Made by a program: the position numbers and the translations under genes. DNA of 64,000 bases from an uncultured Clostridia bacterium (lineage in GTDB: Bacteria > Bacillota > Clostridia > Christensenellales > Aristaeellaceae): positions 6,019-70,018 of the forward strand of contig CAKTZR010000013.1 of NCBI GenBank assembly GCA_934636105.1. The letters run 5' to 3'. Positions 59,746 through 64,000 of this stretch are shown piece after piece. The notes beneath the pieces are model-generated. The model had not been told where the DNA came from. It saw only the letters and a program-made list of their open reading frames with translations, and did no database searches. Positions within the stretch are counted from its first letter, which is position 1; each line of letters begins with the position of its first letter.

Positions 59746-59774
59746 ACTATATCATGGGTGATTCGGAGTGTCAA
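59746..59774 (-). promoter_or_regulatory. Sigma-A-type promoter of the dlt-like operon
   Basis: On the minus strand: TTGACA (59774-59769), 17 nt, TATAGT (59751-59746). It gives a ~55-nt leader to the MBOAT ATG. Confidence 0.65.
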
Positions 59775-59797
59775 GAAAAGCGGGTCAAAAAAATGAA

Positions 59798-59826
59798 TTG
59801 TCATCTGCTGTGCGCGATGCTATAAT
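59798..59826 (+). promoter_or_regulatory. Sigma-A-type promoter (extended -10) of the LRR-protein gene
   Basis: TTGTCA, 17 nt, (TGC)TATAAT. It lies back-to-back with the dlt-like promoter, 24 bp away. Confidence 0.6.
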
Positions 59827-59861
59827 AAGACGATATGTGACAAAATTTCGGAGGAATCGAC

Positions 59862-60995
59862 ATGTTCACCAGAAGGCCGCCTTTTGTGCAAGAGGGAAAC
59901 GGAAGAACCATTTCGCAGGATGGGTTCAGCGCGCCCGTGGACAGCGCGCCGCGCCCGCGGTTTTCATCCGCCTGTGCGATGGTGGGGCGGCATGTGATGG
60001 ATTTTTCCGACAACGGGGACGGCACGCTGACCGCCGTGCGCTGCGTCGATCGGCAGGCGGACGATCTGGATATCCAGTTCGAAGCCGGGGCGTGCCCGGT
60101 AGTGGCCATCGCGCCGCGCGCATTTGAGGGCTGCACCGAGCTTCGCCGCGTCATCCTGCCCGAAGCGCTCAGGCAGATTGGCGAAATGGCGTTTTCCGGC
60201 TGCACGCATCTGCGGATGCTGGTGATCCCCGGCGGCGTGCAGCGCGTGGGCACGCTGGCTTTTGCCAAATGCAGCCAGCTGGAGCGGGTGCGCATCGAGC
60301 CGGGCGTGGTGCAGCTTGGGCCGAGCAGCTTTTCCAAATGCGCGGCGCTCAAGCACGTGGAAATTCCCGCCAGCGTGGCGCAGATCGGCGGCGGCGCGTT
60401 CTTCGGGTGCAGCAAGGAGCTCCGGCTCTACGGCGCGGAGGGCGTGCCCGCCCAGCAATACGCCCGGCTCAACGGCCTGGCGTTTGATTCCCAGAGCTGG
60501 AAGGACGACGAGGAGCTTGTTCTGCGCGAGGAGGAGGACGGCTCGCTGACCGTCACCGGCGCGAGACAGGCCGCGCCGCACCGCATCGAAATTCCCACGG
60601 AAATCTGCGGCCGGCGCGTGGCGGCGATTGCGCCGAAAGCGTTTTTCGCCAGCGGCACGCTGGAGCAGCTGATTGTGGGCGGCGGCGTTCGTGAAATCGG
60701 CGAGAGCGCGTTTTTCGGCTGCCGCCAGCTGGTCAGCGTGAGCTTTGAGCGCGGGCTGGAAAGTCTGAAGGATAGCGCCTTCGCCGGGTGCGAGAGCCTG
60801 ACGCAGGTCACGCTGCCGTGGGGCACGAGCGCGGTCGGGCGCATGGCGTTCTTCGGCTGCACGCGGCTGTCCTTTGTCAAAATGCCGACGACAACCCGCG
60901 TTGCGGATTTTGCGTTCGATGGCTGCGCGCCGGGCATTCGCGTGTTCGGCGGCGTGTACGCCGGTCGAATGGCGGCCAATCCCACGGCTGAATAA
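59862..60995 (+). CDS. Leucine-rich-repeat protein (BspA/TpLRR-type, LRR_5)
   Basis: 377 aa. The ATG at 59862 lies 5 nt after GGAGGAA. There are ~10 repeats of the IP..V..IG..AF.GC..L..V type. No recognisable signal peptide. Confidence 0.8.
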   Translation: MFTRRPPFVQEGNGRTISQDGFSAPVDSAPRPRFSSACAMVGRHVMDFSDNGDGTLTAVRCVDRQADDLDIQFEAGACPVVAIAPRAFEGCTELRRVILPEALRQIGEMAFSGCTHLRMLVIPGGVQRVGTLAFAKCSQLERVRIEPGVVQLGPSSFSKCAALKHVEIPASVAQIGGGAFFGCSKELRLYGAEGVPAQQYARLNGLAFDSQSWKDDEELVLREEEDGSLTVTGARQAAPHRIEIPTEICGRRVAAIAPKAFFASGTLEQLIVGGGVREIGESAFFGCRQLVSVSFERGLESLKDSAFAGCESLTQVTLPWGTSAVGRMAFFGCTRLSFVKMPTTTRVADFAFDGCAPGIRVFGGVYAGRMAANPTAE

Positions 60996-61052
60996 GGACG
61001 GAAGCACTCCGACGCTGACAACGCCGGAGTTTTTGATGAAAAGGAGCCATTC

Positions 61053-62069
61053 ATGGATATTTTTGATTTGATGGAACAGCGTTACCCCGAAAAGCACGGC
61101 ACGATCATCCGCTATCGCAACGCCTCGGCCAAGCTGGAGGCGGACAGCGTGAAGATGACCATCGCCATCCCCATGGAAGAAGGGGACGCGGCGGGCGTGC
61201 GCCGGGGAAGCGAACAGCTTCAAAACCAGCTGAGCGAAAGCAGACCGATGACGATTCAAAACGGCATGTTCTGCTTTCCGTGGTTTCCGCGCACGAACGT
61301 GGGCACGCGGCTGGCGCTCTGCGAAACCATGATGCGGGATTTTGTTGCCGAATGGAGCGGAGAAAGCGAAGCGAGCGACGAGCCGATGAGCGAAAAGCAG
61401 CGGCTCATCCGACGCTATCTGTGCGCGATGGCGAATTTTTACGGCGCGCTGACCGTGCAGGAAGCCTGCCGCATCGTTGAGCAGCAGAATCCGGGGCTGG
61501 CGACGCAGGATGAGGTGAGCGCCGTTCTGCGGCGCGAGGCCTGCGAAGGGGCTTATCGAGAAGAAGTGGACGGCGAGGAGATTGTCTGCGATGAATGGTT
61601 TGTCGGCCAGCCGGAGGAATACAGGGGGCTGGTTTCCGCCAGAAAGGGAAAGACGATCTACATTCCGCCCAAAGACGAGCTGCTTCGATATGAAGACGAG
61701 CTGTATTTTGAAAATACGCCCGCCACGCAGGCTATGCGCGGCTTTTTCAAAACGGAGCTGGGCGTTGCGCCGGCGGATGTGGAGGATACGCTCGGCGACA
61801 TGGTGGATATCTGCCGCGTCGGCGACATCGGCATGGAAAGCGCAATCAACGAGTTGAAGCCGTATCTGACCACGCAGGCGCTGACCGAAAAATTCCTTTC
61901 GCTCTATACCACGCTGCATAACACGACGCGCATGCCGGAGAACTACGGCCATACGCCGTTGGAGCTGGCCGAGAGCAGCAAAATCCGGCAGACGGTGGGG
62001 CGCAACGATCCCTGCCCCTGCGGAAGCGGAAAGAAATACAAAAAGTGCTGCGGCCGCAACGTGAACTGA
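61053..62069 (+). CDS. SEC-C-motif domain protein of unknown function
   Basis: 338 aa. C-terminal zinc-binding SEC-C motif [17 protein letters not shown]. The rest is unassigned. Confidence 0.7.
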   Translation: MDIFDLMEQRYPEKHGTIIRYRNASAKLEADSVKMTIAIPMEEGDAAGVRRGSEQLQNQLSESRPMTIQNGMFCFPWFPRTNVGTRLALCETMMRDFVAEWSGESEASDEPMSEKQRLIRRYLCAMANFYGALTVQEACRIVEQQNPGLATQDEVSAVLRREACEGAYREEVDGEEIVCDEWFVGQPEEYRGLVSARKGKTIYIPPKDELLRYEDELYFENTPATQAMRGFFKTELGVAPADVEDTLGDMVDICRVGDIGMESAINELKPYLTTQALTEKFLSLYTTLHNTTRMPENYGHTPLELAESSKIRQTVGRNDPCPCGSGKKYKKCCGRNVN

Positions 62070-62085
62070 ATAGTTACACCAAAGG

Positions 62086-62122
62086 GCGCTCGGACGGAGA
62101 AAAACGTCCGGGCGATTTTTGT
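62086..62122 (+). terminator. Rho-independent terminator after the SEC-C gene
   Basis: GCGCTCGGACG ...8 nt... CGTCCGGGCG (one mismatch) followed by ATTTTTG. Confidence 0.6.
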
Positions 62123-62180
62123 GATTCGATGAAATGTAACAAAACTTTCGATATTTTTTCAATGACTACACAAAATAAGA

Positions 62181-62209
62181 TTGAAATCAGTGACGTTAGT
62201 CGATATAAT
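62181..62209 (+). promoter_or_regulatory. Sigma-A-type consensus promoter upstream of the decayed sensor-kinase gene
   Basis: TTGAAA, 17 nt, TATAAT. Confidence 0.55.
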
Positions 62210-62245
62210 AAGAGATACTTTGAGTGTGAGCGGGTAGATACACAT

Positions 62246-63264
62246 ATGAAATCGATGATGCGCGCGATAGCCGCCGCTTTGACAGCGATGATGCTGCTTG
62301 CGGCGCTGACCTGCGGCCGAGCTGGCCCAGCGTGTGGATACGCCGACGTATAAGGTGGGTTTTTATGCCTCGCCCTGCTATCATATTCAGGATGCGGACG
62401 GCAAGCGCTACGGCTATGGCTATGAGATGATGCAGAGCATCGTCAAGCACATGCAGGCGACGCTTGAATTTGTGGATTACGACGTGTCGTTTTCCGACAG
62501 TTTCGAGCTGCTGCGTCAGGGGCAGATCGATATCCTGACCGGCGTGAAGCACACGGACGACCGCGACGCGGAGTTCGCTTTCTCCGTGCATCCCGTCATC
62601 CGTTGAAAACTTCGGCGAAACGCCGTATTACATCATCGCCCGCAAAGAAGACCAGGCGATCATCGACCAGATTGACGCGGCCATCGACGGGCTGAATATG
62701 GAAACGCCTACGTGACGCACCGACCTTTACAACAAATATTACGGTGAACAGGAACAGAACACCGAGCTGACGGCGGAGGAACGCGCGCTGCTGGAAACCA
62801 TGCGGCAGGAACATGTGGTCGTCCGCGCGCTCATGAACCCGGACGAAAAGCCCTATTCGTGGTTTGAGGATGGAGAAGCCAAGGGCATTGTGCCCGATAT
62901 TTTCAGGCAGACGATTGAAATCCTGGGGCTGGATTACGAGATCGTGGAGACCAGCAGCCGCGCCAAGCAGGATTTCTTCTCCAAGATGAGTCACGATATC
63001 CGAACGCCGCTCAACGTCGTGCTCGGCATGACGCAGATTGCGCAGAAGTATAAAGGCGATCCCGAAAAGCTGGACAGCACGCTGGATAACATCCGCGTGG
63101 AGGGCAATCAGCTGCTTTCGCTGATTAACTCCATTCTGGACGCAAGCCAGCTGAAACACGGGCACGTCGAGCTGGTCAACGCGCAGTTTAACCCGGCGGA
63201 CAGCGTGCGCGACTGCGAAGAAATGCTGCTTCCGCTCGCCGCCTTGAAGGCTTGCGGGAAATAA
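62246..63264 (+). pseudogene. Decayed hybrid sensor histidine kinase with N-terminal family-3 solute-binding domains (frameshifted, nonsense-interrupted, internally deleted, 3'-truncated)
   Basis: The signal peptide (MKSMMRAIAAALTAMMLLAALTCG) shifts frame near 62310 into ...TPTYKVGFYASPCYHIQDADGKRYGYGYEMMQ... (SBP_bac_3-like). A stop follows at 62604-62606. A third frame continues ...YYIIARKEDQAIIDQIDAAIDGLNMETPT-TGA(62713-62715)-RTDLYNKYYG.... A second SBP fragment then runs directly into the H-box FFSKMSHDIRTPLN. The ORF ends before any HATPase domain. Confidence 0.75.
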
Positions 63265-63293
63265 GAACTCCTTCCGTCTGCCTTCGGCAGCCA

Positions 63294-63323
63294 CCTCCCT
63301 CCATGAGGGAGGCTTTCTTTTTT
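63294..63323 (+). terminator. Rho-independent terminator
   Basis: CCTCCCTC CAT GAGGGAGG followed by CTTTCTTTTTT. Confidence 0.65.
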
Positions 63324-63348
63324 GGATTGAATCAGTTTGTTTGGAAGA

Positions 63349-63477
63349 CGCGAAGCGAAGAAGGGGTTTGGGGATGAAATCCCCAGGCAGGTTTGGGCGG
63401 CAGCCCAAAATCCTTTGCTCAAAGTAGTTTCAGAGCAGACCGCGAAGCGGTCTACGATTGAAACGGGTTTAAACCGC
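63349..63477 (+). repeat. Modular hairpin repeat, core plus three extra hairpins
   Basis: CGCGAAGCGAAG-AAGGGGTT-TGGGGAT/GAA/ATCCCCA-GGCAGG-TTTGGGC/GGCA/GCCCAAA. It is followed by CTTTG-CT-CAAAG, AGACCGC-GAA-GCGGTCT and GGTTTAAACC. Confidence 0.8.
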
Positions 63478-63484
63478 AAAAGCC

Positions 63485-63514
63485 GCATATTTTTCCCATC
63501 CGCTGTACAGCCTA
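63485..63514 (+). promoter_or_regulatory. Candidate forespore (sigma-F/sigma-G-type) promoter of gpr
   Basis: GCATA, 18 nt, CAGCCTA resembles the sigma-G consensus (G/T-A-A/T-T-A ... CAnnnTA). In Bacillus, gpr is sigma-F/G dependent. Confidence 0.35.
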
Positions 63515-63541
63515 CGTTTAGAAACAGCGGAGGGCGGAGCG

Positions 63542-64000
63542 ATGAGGGCAAAATGGACGGATTTAGCCGTGGAGGCGGCGGGCGGCGCGCTGCGCGAAAA
63601 CGGCCTGTCACGCACGGTGGTCAGGGTGGAAAACGAGGAGAGCGCGCAAAGGCTGGGCAGGCCGATGGGCACATATGTCACATTGGCCTGCGAGCAGGCG
63701 ATGACCGTTTCGCTGGAAACCCGGCGCGCGCTGGCGGCCGAGCTGGCGCAGACCCTCCGCGGCATGCTTCCGTCCGATATGAAGACGGTGCTGGTCGTCG
63801 GGCTGGGCAATCGAAGCGTCACACCGGATTCCCTCGGCCCAAGGACGGCGGAACGCGTGCTGGTGACGCGGCATATGGACGGCTGCCTGCCTGCGGATGT
63901 GCAGATGAGCAGCGTGTGCGCCGCCGCGCCGGGCGTTCTCGGCGTGACGGGCATGGAGACGGCGGAAATTCTGCGCGGCATGGTTGCCCACGTCAAACCG
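63542..64000 (+). CDS. gpr: Germination (spore) protease GPR, N-terminal 153 aa; the 3' end lies outside the window (absent from the ORF track because it has no stop)
   Basis: My own translation from the ATG at 63542 (GGAGGG RBS): MRAKWTDLAVEAAGG...LGRPMGTYVTL...VVGLGNRSVTPDSLGP...AAPGVLGVTGMETAEI.... These are the conserved TDLAVE, LGRPxGxYxT, GLGNxxxTPDxLGP and PGVxGxTG(I/M)ET blocks of GPR endopeptidases. Confidence 0.85.
   Translation, partial: MRAKWTDLAVEAAGGALRENGLSRTVVRVENEESAQRLGRPMGTYVTLACEQAMTVSLETRRALAAELAQTLRGMLPSDMKTVLVVGLGNRSVTPDSLGPRTAERVLVTRHMDGCLPADVQMSSVCAAAPGVLGVTGMETAEILRGMVAHVKP

Noticed and set aside
53510-59746. Plus-strand ORFs of 1106, 540 and 555 aa (53510-56830, 56568-58190, 58079-59746)
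   Set aside because: They are antisense shadows of the dlt-like operon. They have Arg/Gly/His/Ala-rich, repeat-like translations and mutually overlapping frames. The minus-strand frames carry clear MBOAT, DltD, adenylase and decarboxylase motifs with RBSs and a promoter.
62045-63264. Track ORFs 62045-62353, 62334-62606 and 62800-63264 as three separate small genes
   Set aside because: Their translations are consecutive pieces of one SBP-fused histidine kinase in three frames. They are called together as a single pseudogene.
29735-63477. Dispersed hairpin repeats, considered as tRNA/ncRNA genes, a CRISPR array, or IS/MITE ends
   Set aside because: There is no cloverleaf or T-loop (GTTCGAATC-type) signature. 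The copies are kilobases apart, so this is not an array. There is no transposase, and no terminal inverted repeats or target duplications are visible. They are kept as a REP/BIME-like repeat family. Rfam membership could not be tested here.

Overview
High-GC chromosomal segment that looks like a spore-forming Bacillota (Clostridia-type) genome. Support: a gpr spore protease, rplS-rbgA-rnhB-yraN synteny, an LPXTG surface protein and GGAGG-type ribosome-binding sites. I can support about 55 protein genes, one decayed sensor-kinase pseudogene, about 17 rho-independent terminators and 10 sigma-A-like or forespore-type promoter candidates. I found no rRNA, tRNA, CRISPR array, transposase or prophage.

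Housekeeping genes: rpoC (3' part), pepT, dnaX, rplS, rbgA, rnhB, yraN, gpr (5' part).

Accessory content worth a second look:
1. A sigma-A-promoted dlt-like envelope-acylation operon (50.7-59.8 kb, minus strand). It encodes an MBOAT, two DltD-like paralogs, a DltA-like adenylase, a divergent fold-type-III PLP decarboxylase, a carrier protein and an M18 aminopeptidase. It differs from canonical dltXABCD and is my top candidate for an undescribed system.
2. A tandem array of four secreted paralogs (3.2-7.8 kb) with near-invariant N- and C-terminal modules and divergent cores.
3. A dispersed family of modular hairpin repeats (7 copies). The stems show compensatory changes, and the repeat ends often supply the Shine-Dalgarno site, and once the stop codon, of flanking genes.
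4. A LacI-linked 14-kb locus combining a sugar ABC importer with five phosphoesterases, an SxxK serine hydrolase and a GH13_18-type phosphorylase. This may be glycosyl-glycerophosphate or teichoic-acid salvage.
5. pxpABC interleaved with both halves of a D-glutamate-cyclase-like enzyme.
6. A LysR-linked, secreted, FMN-flavinylated FAD reductase.
7. A 1306-aa fusion of two GT-C membrane glycosyltransferase modules with carbohydrate-binding-like domains.

Many very long ORFs in the track are antisense shadow ORFs typical of high-GC DNA and are rejected. All functional calls rest on motif recognition by eye. No database search was run.
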